Positions 12,582 to 24,840 of a stretch of 64,000 bases of DNA are shown here, in pieces. How positions within the stretch are numbered: position 1 is the first letter of the stretch; each line of letters starts with the position of its first letter. The stretch comes from Squalus acanthias (taxonomy: Eukaryota). The stretch is from contig CM059432.1 in assembly GCA_030390025.1 (NCBI GenBank), forward strand, positions 125,180,001 through 125,244,000. The letters run 5' to 3'. Made by a program: the position numbers and the translations under genes. The notes below the pieces were generated by a model. That model made no database searches. It had not been told where the DNA came from and saw nothing but the letters and a program-made list of their open reading frames with translations.

Positions 12582-13052
12582 GGGAGTCGGAGCCGTGGCT
12601 CAGTTGGCGCACCCTCGCCTCTGAGTCAGAAGGTTGTGGGTTCAAGTCCCACTCCAGAGACTTGAGCATAAAAATCTAGACTGACACTCCAGTGCAGTAC
12701 TGAGGGAGCGCTGCACTGTCGGAGGTGCCGTCTTTTGGATGAGACGTTAAACCGAGGCCCCCTCTGTTCTCTCAGGTGGATGTAAAAGATCCCATGGCAC
12801 TATTTCCAAGAAGAGCAGGGGAGTTATCCCCGGTGTCCTGGCCAATATTCATCCCTCAATCAACATAACTAAAACAGATTATCTGGTCATTATCACATTG
12901 CTGTTTGTGGGAGCTTGCTGTGCGCAAAAATTGGCTGCTGTATTTCCTACATCACAACAGTGACTACACTTCAAAAGTACTTCATTGGCTGTAAAGTTCT
13001 TTGGGACGTCCGGTGGTCGTGAAAGGCGCTATATAAATGCAAGTCTTTTTTT
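12582..13052 (+). mobile_element. Deu-domain tRNA SINE (SacSINE1-like), well-preserved full-length copy
   Basis: A box tggctcagttgg and B box ggttcaagtcc. Deu core ggatgagacgttaaaccgaggcccc...gatcccatggcactattt. L2-like tail aaaggcgctatataaatgcaagt. Confidence 0.88.
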
Positions 13053-13670
13053 CATAAAGCCAGCACTTTACAACTAAAGCTTTTTTATGAAAGTGTTTTA
13101 AATTTATTAATGCTTCTGTTGGTAAGTACTCCGCATATTATGGAATTAAGCCGTATGAACCAGGAAACCATATGATCTTGGTGTCATATTTGACCCTGAA
13201 ATGAGCTTCCGACCACATATCCGCAGCATAACTAAGACCGCCTATTTCCACCTCCGTAACATCGTCCATCTCCGCCCTTGCCTCAGCTCATCTGCTCCTG
13301 AAACCCTCATCCATGTCTTTGTTACCTCTAGACTTGACTATTCGAACGCACTCCTGGCTGGCCTCCCACATTCTACCCTACGTAAACTTGAGGTGATCCA
13401 AAACTCGGCTGCCCGTGTCCTAACTCGCACCAAGTCCCATTCACCCATCACCCCTGTGCTCGTTGACTAACATTGGCTCCAGGTTATGCAACACCTCGAT
13501 TTCAAAATTCTCATCCTTGTTTTCAAAACCCTCCATGGCCTCGCCCCTCCCTATCTCTGTAATCTCCTTCAGCCCCACAACCCCCCGAGATATCTGCACT
13601 CCTCTAATTCTGCCCTCTTGAGCATCCCTGACTATAATTGCTCAACCATTGGTGGCTGTGCCTTCTGTTG

Positions 13671-16183
13671 CATAGAAACATAGAAAAATAGGAGCAGGAG
13701 CAGGAGTAGGCCATTCAGCCCTTCGAGCCTGCTCCGCCATTCAATATTATCCTGGCTGATCCTCTATCTCAATACCATATTCCCGCTCTCACCCCATACC
13801 CCTTGATGCCTTTTGTGTCTAGAAATCTATCAATCTCCTTCTTAAATATATTCAGTGACTTGGCCTCCACAGCCTTCTGTGGTAGAGATTTCCACAGGTT
13901 CACCACCCTCTGAGTGAAGAAATGTCTCCTCATCTCAGTCCTAAATGTCCTACCCCATATCCTGAGACTGTGACCCCTCGTTCTAGACCCCCCCCCCCCC
14001 CCAGCCAGGGGAAACATCCTCCCTGCATCCAGTCCAGTCTGTCTAGCCCTGTCAGAATTTTATATGTTTCAATGAGATCCCCTCTCATTCTTCTAAACTC
14101 TAGTGAATACAGGCTGAGTCGACCCAATCTGTCCTCATACGACAGTCCTGCCATCCCAGGAATCAGTCTGGTGAACCTTCGCTGCACTCCCTCTATGGCA
14201 AGTATATCCTTTCTTAGGTAAGGAGACCAAAACTGCACACAGTACTCCAGGTGTGATCTCACCAAGGCCCTGTATAACTGTAGTAAGACATCCTTGCTCC
14301 TGTACTCAAATCCTCTTGCAATGAAGGCCAACATACCATTTGCCTTCCTAACTGCTTGCTGCACCTGCATGTTTGCTTTCAGTGACTGGTGTACAAGGAC
14401 ACCCAGGTCCCTTTGTACATCAGCATTTCCCAATCTATCACCATTTAAATAATACTCTACCTTTCTGTTTTTCCTACCGAAGTGGATTAACTTCACATTT
14501 ATCCACATTATACTGCATCTGCCATGTATTTGCCCACTCACTCAACTTGTCTAAATCGCCTTGAAGCCTCTTTGCATCCTCCTCACAACTCGCAATCCCA
14601 CCTAGTTTCGTGTCGTCAGCAAACTTGGAAATACTACATTTGGTTCCCTCATCCAAATCATTGATATATATTGTGAATAGCTGGGGCCCAAGCACTGATC
14701 CCTGCGGTACCCCACTAGTCACCGCCTGCCACCCCGAAAAAGACCCATTTATTCCTACTCTCTTTCCTGTCTGTTAACCAATTTTCAATCCATGCCAGTA
14801 TATTACCCACAAACCCATGTGCTTTAATTTTGCACACCAACCTTTTATGTGGGACTTTATCAAAGGCCTTCTGAAAATCTAAATATACCACATCCACTGG
14901 TTCTCCCTTATCTATTCTACCAGTCACACCCTCAAAAAAAACTCCAGTAGGTTTGTCAAACACGATTTCCCTTTCATAAATCCATGCTGACTTTGTCTAA
15001 TCCCATTGATATTTTCTAAGTGTCCTGTTATCACATCCTTTATAATAGACTCTAGCATTTTCCCTACTACTGATGTTCGGCTAACCGGTCTGTAGTTCCC
15101 TGTTTTCTCTCTCCCTCCTTTTTTAAATAGTGGGGTTACATTTGCCACCCTCCAATCTGCAGGAACTGTTCCATAATCTATAGAATTTTGGAAGATGACA
15201 ACCAATACATCCACTATTTCCATGGCTACCTCTTTTAGGACTCTGGGATGCAGATTATCAGGCCCTGGGGATTTATCGGCTTACAGTCCCATTAATTTCT
15301 CCAGCACTATTTCTTTACTAATACTAATTTCCTTTAATTCCTCCTTCTCACTAGACCCTTGGTTCCCTAGCATTTCTGGGAAGTTATTTGTGTCCTCTTC
15401 CGTGAAGACAGAACCAAAGGGCTGGATTTTGTCTTGGGGTCGTGTCATCCGCATTTCGTGTTGCCCCCCCGACTCCAGATTAATGTGGATGAATGATGCA
15501 ATTTTCACTTAATTGGGCAATTGAGTTCCAGCATGTGGGAACCCATGAACCAATTAGTGGTTTCAGTCTGAAAGTTGCCTCTGATGATGTCATCATTGCA
15601 GGTCAGAGACTGACTGCCTGGTCTCAGAGATTGCCTGGCTTTTGCTGTGAGTGGGGAGAGAGAGAGAGAGAAAGAATTTTTTTTCCATCCAAGTCCTCTC
15701 ACAGCAAGGCCAGGCAGTCAATGCAGCAGCATCAGATGCGACTTTCAGACCTAATACTACTACTACCTTCATCACATCTCCGTTGTAATAGTGGACCTGC
15801 AGCTGATAGTCAGCTATCCACTTGTGCTCCCGCCAGGTTTCACTCGAGTGTTTCACATCAGGCGTACTTCACGTCGGAAAAGGGTTAAACTAGCTAAAAC
15901 GTTTCAAAATGGCATTACAGAACCAATTTAGAGCTTGTTAAGGGCTTTAATGGCCTCTCCCGTCTCTTGGAGGCAGGACGGAGTCGGGAACCCCGCGACT
16001 GATTTTATCAAAATTGCATGGGGTCGGGACCCCCAAATCTGCAACTTTAACCCCCCACACGCCTCTAAACCCGACTCCACAGGTCATTGAAAATCCAGCC
16101 CAAAGTATTTGTTTAATTGCTCTGCCATTTCCTTGTTCCCCATTATAAATTCTCCCATTTCTGACTGTAAGGGACCTACATTT
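13671..16183 (-). mobile_element. CR1 LINE, 5'-truncated, frameshifted RT (contains MITE 15419-16101)
   Basis: Minus-strand VVYLDFQKAFDKVPH, SGVPQGSVLGP, KFADDTKLGG, HLEYCVQFWSP. 3' tail (TTTCTATG)n at 13671. Confidence 0.93.
15419..16101. mobile_element. PIF/Harbinger-type MITE inserted in CR1
   Basis: TIRs GGGCTGGATTTT / AAAATCCAGCCC, TSD AAA. Removing it restores CR1 gaagacagaaccaaagtatttg. Confidence 0.88.
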
Positions 16184-16685
16184 GCCTAGGCCCTAAGCTC
16201 TGGAATTCCCTGCCTAAACCTCTCTGCCTCTCGCTCCTCCTTGAAGACATTCCTTAAAACCTACCTCTTTGACCAAGCTTTTGGTCACCTGCCCTAATTT
16301 CTCCTTTTGTCTTATAATACTCCTGTGAAGCGCCTTGGGACAATTTACTACGTTAAAGGCAGTATATAAATACAAGTTGTTGTTGAAAGCATCAAGTTCA
16401 ATCCCTGACCTGTGGTGAACTACCTATCTGTGCTGTGGCAGTGAAAGAGTCAATGCAATTGGTCTTGGTGCCCCTGGGCTAGCAGGGGAAATATTGGCCA
16501 CGGTTCTCCAGGTCCTTATTGCTACCATCAACACTTGCTGGAAAGTTTGAGCGTGAGGACAGCAGAGGGCTCAGCTGTGCTTACACCCACTTTCTGGGCT
16601 TGAACACGGAGAAGAGCTATTTGGAATATCACAGGGCAGGCAGTCCCGTTAAATCACATACCAGCAACAGTGGGTACCTTCAGGA

Positions 16686-17096
16686 CATAGAAACATATAA
16701 GATAGGAGCAGGAGTAGGCCATTCGGCCCCTCGAGCCTGCTCCGCCATTCAATGCGATCATGGCTGATCATCCAAATTCAGTACCCTGTCCCTGCTTTCT
16801 TCCCATATCCCTTGATCCCTTTAGCCTTAAGAAATATATCCAACTCCTTCTTGAATATATTTAATGAATTGGCCTCTACTGCCTTCTGTGGTAGAGAATT
16901 CCACAGGTTCACCACTCTCTGGGTGAAGAAATTCCTCCTCATTTCTGTCCTAAATGGCTTACCCCTTATCCTTAGATTGTGACCCCTGGTTCTGGACTCC
17001 CCGACCATCGGGAACATCCTTCCTGCATCTAGTCTGTCCAGTCCTTTCAGAATTTTATAAGTTTCAATGAGATCCCCTCTCATTCTTCTAAACTCC
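16686..17096 (-). mobile_element. CR1 LINE 3' end
   Basis: MRGDLIETYKILKGLDRLDAGRMFP...FFTQRVVNLWNSLP plus the catagaaaca tail. Confidence 0.9.
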
Positions 17097-17268
17097 AGGA
17101 CAGAAGGGGAGAGAATGGGGTGGGGGAGAAGAGGTTAACAATAAATATTTCACTTCTTTTAATTATTGGTTTTCAGGATATAATAAAGTAAATGTATTTG
17201 TAAGCCCAAATAAAGTTTGTTATAGTACAGTATTAAAAGCACAGTTTGAAGGGATAGTGTCAGTTAAT

Positions 17269-18012
17269 GGGCCGAAAATTGATCCCGGGACGCGAGAGTA
17301 CGCACTGCATACTCTCGCGTATTCCCACTCCAATTGCCGGTTTTCTGCATGCCCTGCGCATGCGCTGAAAACCGGCAATTGCTCTTCCGAAAAGGGGGCG
17401 GGGCCTGAGTGCATCGCGTGCGCGCTACAGGCTGCGCGCACGCTGTGCACTTCATGCTTTGGACGCGCAGGTAAGTAGGGAAGATTTTGGAAATGTAAAA
17501 AGGAGGAGTAAGACCCGCTTTTAAGAAGGTAAGTAGTGAATTAAGTATTTTTTTGAATTTTTTTTTACAGGTATATCTTTTTTATAGACTTTAAAGACAG
17601 GTAAGTTTATTTTTATAACTTTTTAAAAGATTTTAAATTTTTTCAAAAATTTAATTTTTTATTTAAAATGGTTAATTTAATTAACTATACTTATTTTATT
17701 AATGTGATGGTTTTTTTTTTAAATTTAATTGAGGTTTAGCTGTTATTTTGGGGGGGTGTAAGATTCATAAGTCTCTCAGCCATGCTGTGAGACTTATGAA
17801 TGGAAGATGGTGTGCTGCCATTGGCTCTAACTGAGTCACGTGATCCCACAGCTCGCACGAATTAACTACGCCGCTGGGATACGCAAGCCCAGCACAGCTG
17901 ATGTCTGGAACATCAATTTCGTGCGAGCTGGATCAGAAAAAGCATAAGCGAGGTGAGACATCGCGGGAAAGGCTTACCCCCGCGGGAACAGAGCGAGATC
18001 AATTTCTGGGCC
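17269..18012. mobile_element. PIF/Harbinger-type MITE, CpG-rich, with internal hairpins and GTAAGT donors
   Basis: TIRs GGGCCGAAAATTGATC / GATCAATTTCTGGGCC, TSD AAT. Confidence 0.8.
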
Positions 18013-18804
18013 AATGTTGCTTTCGTTGCCCAAAATGTCATTACAGCCCTGGTTCTCAGACATGTGATCTTGCCAAATGTTTTTAAACATATGTAAATGG
18101 GCCTGTACTGAATTTTTTTCCACACAGGCTTTTTGTCTGGATTAAATTGTTTGATAATTTTACTATTTCCTGTTGCTTTACTTAACCCTTGAAGAGCACA
18201 GTATCTTTCTAAAACAAAATCAAAAATATCTCCAGATATCATTTTGGTTTATTTCCAGAGTACCCTGAATTTAGATACATCCATGCTTTTATAGACCTAT
18301 AGTTCAGTACAGCTCCTACATTCCTCTTTATAATATTCTGCATTCGAACTCAACTGAAAATACTTTTTGCAGATATAGTCTGGAAGAAAGTGTTTTAGTA
18401 GTCAAAGGGTTAATGATGCTCAATAATGCACTGGCTGACGATCTTGTAGAGGTTGCAGAAGCACTTCACCCTTCTTAGGGTTAACTTGCAGGTTTTTTTT
18501 ATAATGCACTCAGTTTTGACTCACTATTTGTAAAGCAAATTGCTCTCTTCCTATGCTGATAAAGAGGGAAGTACTGCTTTACCAGTTAATGATATGTGAC
18601 TCTATTCATGACCTTCTTTCACAGATTAACTGGTTGCAAATGTTGCTGAAGATCTCATACTTTTGCTATTATTTTCATTATGAAATGTTATGTTGTTGCC
18701 ACATTAAGCTTTTGATGCAATTTCCTTACCTCCCCCTTCTTAAAGACTGCAGTAGTTCTTTCCACTGATGCAATCTAGCCTGTAATATGTGAACTTCCTT
18801 ACAG

Positions 18805-19278
18805 ATTCTAGTACGCCGGTGAGTGGAGAGACATCAAACGCAAAGACTGTAATGGGGAATACACAGAAAAAGTGTTCCCACAGACGAGAAAGTCAAACTA
18901 ATGAAAGGAACTTGACTAAAGAGAAGGATACTGGCAGTGCTGCAGCACGGGAAAACACTAAAAAAGACAGTGACGGTAATTTAACAGCATTGAAGAAAAC
19001 TGAACAAAATAAATATGGGCATGAAACTAAAAGTGAAAATGCCAAGAATGTTACAATTCCGGTGGCAAGAAAAAGTCAAGATCCTCCGAGAATTGACTCC
19101 AGTCAGATGCTTCCACCTGGGTCAAGTTCAGAGACAGAGAAAGGAGAGAACAACCCTTGGGCCTTGCTCCCTGCTGTAGCAAAGCTGAAGAGTGAAGGAA
19201 ATGAGCTGTTCAAGAATGGACAGTTTGGCGATGCGGTGATGAAATACACTAAAGCCATTACAGAGCTCTTTGAATCAG
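18805..19278 (+). CDS. SPAG1: SPAG1 coding exon B (linker with MGNTQKK, start of second TPR cluster: ...AKLKSEGNELFKNGQFGDAVMKYTKAITELFES)
   Basis: Acceptor cttccttacag, donor CAG|gtatga at 19279, open frame (ORF 18789-19298). TPR signature LKSEGNELFKNGQF matches SPAG1 LKSQGNELFRSGQF. Confidence 0.95.
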
Positions 19279-19905
19279 GTATGACAGTGGCCTTCTAACA
19301 TATTGATTACTGCACACTGTATACACATATGCGTTCATCCTCTGTGTTTGAGATTGTGATACAGGAACTTTGGGCTAAAAATGTCTCCATGCTTGTGTTA
19401 TAAAAACATAAATTTGTTTTGAAATTCTATTTTATATACATGGTGTAAATAGAAAGAATTGGGATGCTAATGGAAAGGTATGATCAAAATAGTTACTCTT
19501 AAGGCAGATCATAAATTCACTTGTAGAGGTATTTATTGTATCTCATTGCTGGCCATGACATGTCCTCTGTACACTATGCAAAAACATCTCATCAGCTGAG
19601 AAGAAGTACAGTTAAACCAAATTGATGTAAAACCCCTGTGACAGTGGGAGCTTTTGTTCTAGGAGTTTAGATGTTCAAATACGTCAATTTTTGTTTTGTC
19701 TAAACATCTATCATCAGGGATCCGTATGTAGTACAATAAATCTGGTTTAAAAGAGAGCAGCATGAGACTCAACTATGTTGGCTCCCATTGTCAAATAGCT
19801 TACTGACATGCACATGCAACCATACCCCAGCAAAAATCACTACATTCAGGTAAGGAGAAATAAGAGAGGAAATAAACGCTGTTTTGTGTTGCTTCTTTTT
19901 CGAAG

Positions 19906-20005
19906 GGGTGGACTGCCCAGCAGAACTGAGCATCTTGCACTCCAATCGAGCAGCATGCTACCTGAAGGAGGGATATTGCAATGAGTGTATTAAGGATTGT
20001 ACTAG
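19906..20005 (+). CDS. SPAG1: SPAG1 coding exon C: GVDCPAELSILHSNRAACYLKEGYCNECIKDCTR
   Basis: Acceptor ttctttttcgaag, donor AG|gtgagc. TPR motif SILxSNRAACYLKEG. Phases 1 and 2 fit the neighbouring exons. Confidence 0.96.
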
Positions 20006-21224
20006 GTGAGCATAATGTTGTTTATGGTGGTTTTTGTCATAGATTGGATCGTGTTTTCAAGATAGTACAGCAATGTGCCAGATATAAAAATTAAACGGCA
20101 CAATATGATGGTGTAATAGGGCATTCATAGGGGTAAACTTAATTTTGAAATGAATAGACAGGAAATCTTGCAGACCGTAAATTGTGTGCATTGACCTCCA
20201 TACTCAAGTTTCCAATATGTGCTCCCCTTGCACAAAGCTGTGCACCGGAAGCACTAACTTGTAAAATTGAAGGATCATTTGTCCCAGGCGCCAGCAACAT
20301 CAACAGTGTGACTCACTGGGAGTTTCTCACCTGTCTGCATTTTTGTCCAATGAATTATGCATAGCACAAAAAGTGGAGACTAAAAAAGTGTAGAAAATAT
20401 ATAAATTTGGGCAATTATTTCTTAAGTTAGGGGCTAGATGAAAAATTGGTTTAGCTCGGCGTTGTGCAATAAAAATCGCTGACAAGCCACAAGTGCGGCT
20501 ACGGCGACACCGTTTCAGCCACATGCACTAAATTTAATAGAAAAAGCCTTACAGACAATACAGGTAAATGTACTTCACATGTATATTTCTTAACAAATAT
20601 CTGCCACCATTCAATGCAAAACTTTGTAGACTTTACATTCACTAAAGTTTGGAATCTGCCATGGATTTATCAGACACAACACATCTTCGTATGAGCGGTA
20701 CTTTGACTTCATCAGAGTGATTGCTGAGAATGTTGACTTGGACAACAAGACGTGCCAGACCCACCCCTGCTGCATATCCAGAATGTGGTTAGATGCTGCT
20801 TGCCCTTTGCCATGACGTGCCCTGTTGGAGCTGCTGTTATTGGTTGGAGTTACTTTCTTCTGGCCTGAAGCGGTTATTCCAATTTATTGAGCTGACCACG
20901 ATGTCAGCTCCCCCTCTCCATACAATGTTACTGGTGTTTCTATGGTGCTGAGTCGGGCGTTTCGCCCATGTTACACACCATTTTAGCAGATAACCAATAA
21001 GTAATAACCAAGAAAGTAAAGCACACAACGATCAAAAAACATTCACACACAAGCGTTTCATCTTAAAAGAAATAGGTGAGGAAGTTGGGTATGTATGAGC
21101 TATAAGTTTCCAAAGCTTGTTAGTTTTATTGATACTACCAGTAGAAAATGTTGCACCTTGATTCAACAAAGCAGGAAGGAACTGCAGGATCAAACTGTCT
21201 GAGGCTGAACTAGACCGATTGCAA

Positions 21225-21925
21225 TCTTGGTGTCGTATTTGGCCCCGAGATGAGCTTCTGACTATATATCTGCTCCATCACCAAGACCGTCAACTTCCAC
21301 CTCCGCAACATCACCCACCTTTGCCCTGCCTCAACTCATCTGCTTAACCCTCATCCATGCCTTTGTTACCTCTAGACTTGACTATTCCAATGCTCTCCTG
21401 GCTGGCCTCCCATTTTCCACCCTACATAAACTTGTGCGCATCCAAAACTCTGCTGCCCAAACCCTAACTCACACCAAGTCCTGGTCACCCATCACCCCTG
21501 TGCTCGCTGACCTACATTGACTCCTGGTACAGCAATGCCTCGATTTTAAAATTTTCAGCCTTGTTTTCAAATCCCTCCATGGCCTCGCCCCTCCTCCAGC
21601 CCTACAACCCTGCTAGAACTCTGCGCTCCTCAAATTCTGACCTCTTGTGCATCCCCGATTTTAATCGTTCCAACATTAGCGGCCATGCCTTCAGGCTGCC
21701 TAGGCTCTAAGTTGTGGAATTCCCTCCCTAAACCTCTCCACCTCTGTCTCTCTCCTTTAAAATGCTCCTTAAAATCTACCTCTTTGACCAAGCTTTTGGT
21801 CATCTGACCTAATATCTCCTTATGTGGTGTGGTGTCAGACTTTGTTTGATAAGGCTCCTGTGAAGCGCCTTGGGACGTTTTACTATGTTAAAGGCTCTAT
21901 ATAACTGCAGATTGTTGTTGTTGAT
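21225..21925 (+). mobile_element. L2 LINE 3' fragment
   Basis: Homologous to 13178-13671 plus 16184-16385 and uninterrupted. Ends tatataactgcagattgttgttgttg. Confidence 0.88.
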
Positions 21926-21934
21926 GGAACAAAT

Positions 21935-22895
21935 CAAGTAACTATAGGGCAATGAGTTTAATGTCACTAGTGGGAACATTTCAAGAATCCATAATCAGCG
22001 ACAGAGTAAGTGAGCACTTGATAAAGTCTAAGATCATGAGGGAGAAGCAGCATGGTTTACTGAAAGGCAGATTATGTCTAACTAACTCTTTGATAGTCAC
22101 TGAGGTGGTAGATAGAGGGGGACACGTTGGGAGTTTGCAGGCAGAAATTTGGGATAAAAGGCACATTGACAAATTGGCAGGCATTGACAAGTGATATCCC
22201 CCAGGGATTAGTGCTGTGGAGCCAACAATTCATCATATACATAAATGATCGGGTTTTGAAGGGAGTATGTTCAAGTTTACAAATGATACTAAGTGAACTG
22301 TGAAGGGGGCAAAAAATTACAGAAGAACGTAAATAAATTAAGCAAGTGGGCTAAATGGTGACAGGTGCAGTTTATTTTTGGGTAATCGCTAAGAGGTAAT
22401 GAATAAAAGTATTTAGGGTGCAGGTACATGACACTAAAAGCTAGCTTGTCACCTCCAAGCTTGCCTACTCTAATGCTCTCCTTGCTGGCGTCCCATCTCC
22501 CATCCTTCATAAACCTCAACTTGTCTAAAATTCTGCTGCATGTTCCCTTTCCCAAACAAAGTCTTGTTTGTCCATCATCCCTCTTAGACCTACACTGTCT
22601 CCCTGTCCCCCAAACACATTGGCCTAGAATGTGCACCCTTCACCCCAGCTTCCATTGCAGAACTTTCAGGCACCTGAGTCCTATTCTTTGGGACTCCCTC
22701 TCTAACCATCTCCTCTGCCTCATATCTCTTCCTCTACTTTCAAATACCTCCTCAAGACCCATGTCTTTGACCAAGCTTTTGGATAACCCTCCTAATCTTT
22801 CCTGTCTTGGCTTCCCTTTTCCTTATGCCTATTTATGAATTGCCTTGGGATGTTTCTTTACATTAACAGTGCTATATAAATGCAAGTTGTTATAT
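21935..22895 (+). mobile_element. Degenerate CR1 RT fragment followed by a degenerate L2 3' end
   Basis: QHGLLKGRLCLTN motif, then tttgaccaagcttttgg...gctatataaatgcaagttgt. Confidence 0.6.
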
Positions 22896-23689
22896 TAGAT
22901 GCACGGCAGTGATTTTTGACACTTCAGATTGTATGAGCGAGATGATGGTCAAAACATAACTTGGATTGCTTGGTACCTGTAGTTATCAAGGTTAGTTTCA
23001 GATCCTGATATCATTCTGACCTAATGTGGACACTTTGGTATTCGAAAATAAGAACTATGCTGCATGCTCTGCTGCACTGTAGAATTTATATCTGTGCCCC
23101 ATGTGTATTTTACACCATGATTTATTGTTTGCAAACAACAGCCTTCTGAAGCAAAATAATTTTGAAAAACTGGCACGGGCTTAAAATTGGTGTGTTACCC
23201 GGTGAAGTGCTTTCAGGAGACAAAGAAGAATAGTAATAGGCTAGTATGAAATCATATTTTATATTGCCTTTAATTTCAGAATGTTTAGAGAAAAGCTCAC
23301 AGTCTGCAAAGTCCCACAAAACATCTTAACATGTTCCTTAATTCAGATTTAATTCAAAATCCATTTTATGGAAATAAATTGTTTTTACCAAAACAGAGTA
23401 CCTTATATTTGTAATGAAGTGCAGTAATTACTGGTTACTCATGGACAAAATGCTACGGTTGCACACTGCAATGTAGAAAAAAATCTGACTAACACAGCAC
23501 TTCCCTGATCTGCTGCAGCTGCAATGTTGAACACGACACAGGACAAGTTAGCAGTGAACAGTGTATTGTGCAATACGATATAGTGCAGTGCCCTCTGATT
23601 GGACCTTTTTATAAAGTGGACTTGAAACTAAAAGCAGTTAGTGTGGTGTTTGGTATAGCATCACATATAATTATTTCCTTGGATCTCAG

Positions 23690-24087
23690 GGCCTGGATAT
23701 TCCTCCAGCACACCACCCATTTTCAGGTGATGCCAGCAGGGAAAGTTGGCAAGGAGGCCTACAGCCAAATCGGCACCCTCAGAAATTTTCCTCCTTCCCT
23801 CCCCCCCCTCCCTCCACTAGCAGGGATCTTGACTGCATTTCAATGATGCAGAGAGGGCAGGGCTTGGAAAACTAGCCAATCTTCTTGCTGCAGTACCACC
23901 AACCCATAGCTAGATTGGTACTGGGCTAGCAGTACACTGACTTTAACACTAGCTCTGCTCCTTTGAGGTGGTACAGCGAGTGCCCTGCTGCAGCACCAGA
24001 GGATTTTCCTTTGTTGCAGTGGCAGGGCTTCCTCTGCAGAGTGGTGTAGCCTCTAGCAGCCATCTATCCCGAAGGAAAATCCAGGCC
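23690..24087. mobile_element. MITE (Harbinger-like TIRs)
   Basis: GGCCTGGATATTCC / GGAAAATCCAGGCC inverted termini. Confidence 0.55.
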
Positions 24088-24113
24088 GAGATATCTATAA
24101 TATTAAACATATT

Positions 24114-24840
24114 GGTCCAGAATTTGTTGCAGCGGGGCATCTTGCGGTGTACCCCGTTAGTTAGACTTTTTTCCTCACCCTTCAGCGCGAGGTGTTTTTG
24201 CCCTATAAATTGCTGGAAGTGCGAGCTGATAACCGGGGCATCTGGGATCTTGTTGAACGAGAGGATCAACAGTCTATCTCCTTAACCAATGAGATTTATG
24301 GATTGAGAAAGAAACCGAGGAATGACGGAGAAGGAAATAGGGTGAATTAGAGTTAAGTCAGGTACAGAAAGAAAAATAGAGAGGGAAAGAAATATTGGAT
24401 TAAGAGAGAGAGAAAAAGAGACAGAAAGGAAAATTAATAAAAAATTAAAACACTTGAAATTTAAAAAACCTTTAACACAATTTACTACCTGTAGAGACTC
24501 CGCAGTTTAAATTGTTCCCTTTCTGGGTCGGTGAGGTTGATTGGTATTGCAGGAACATAAATCTCCTCACTAAAAAGGTACTTGCACTGTTAAGTATCAG
24601 CCCTAACATTCTGCAGTGAGTTTGTCAGTTAACGTAACAAGTTCATGAAACTCACAGGGAGGTTGAGGACGAACTGCCATTTTCGCGAGGCGAGCGGAGG
24701 AACGCCGCAAATCATCCAGCAACTTGTGGCGATTTGCAATTCATGGGGTATCTCTTATCCATAAGTTACTGGACGATTTACAGATTAATAATGGCGACCG
24801 CCATTAAACTCGCCATTATTTTGGAAGTAAAATCTGTGCC
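24114..24840. mobile_element. MITE (Harbinger-like TIRs)
   Basis: Imperfect termini GGTCCAGAATTTG / AAAATCTGTGCC. Architecture similar to 53701-54401. Confidence 0.5.

Larger units (their letters stand above)
13178..16385 (+). mobile_element. L2 LINE 3' fragment (13178-13671 plus 16184-16385) split by a CR1 insertion
   Basis: MSFRPHIRSITKTAYFHLRNI...SRLDYSNALLAGLP. The sequence ccttctgttgc resumes as ctaggccctaagctctggaattccc after the CR1, ending in tatataaatacaagttgttgttg. Confidence 0.88.
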
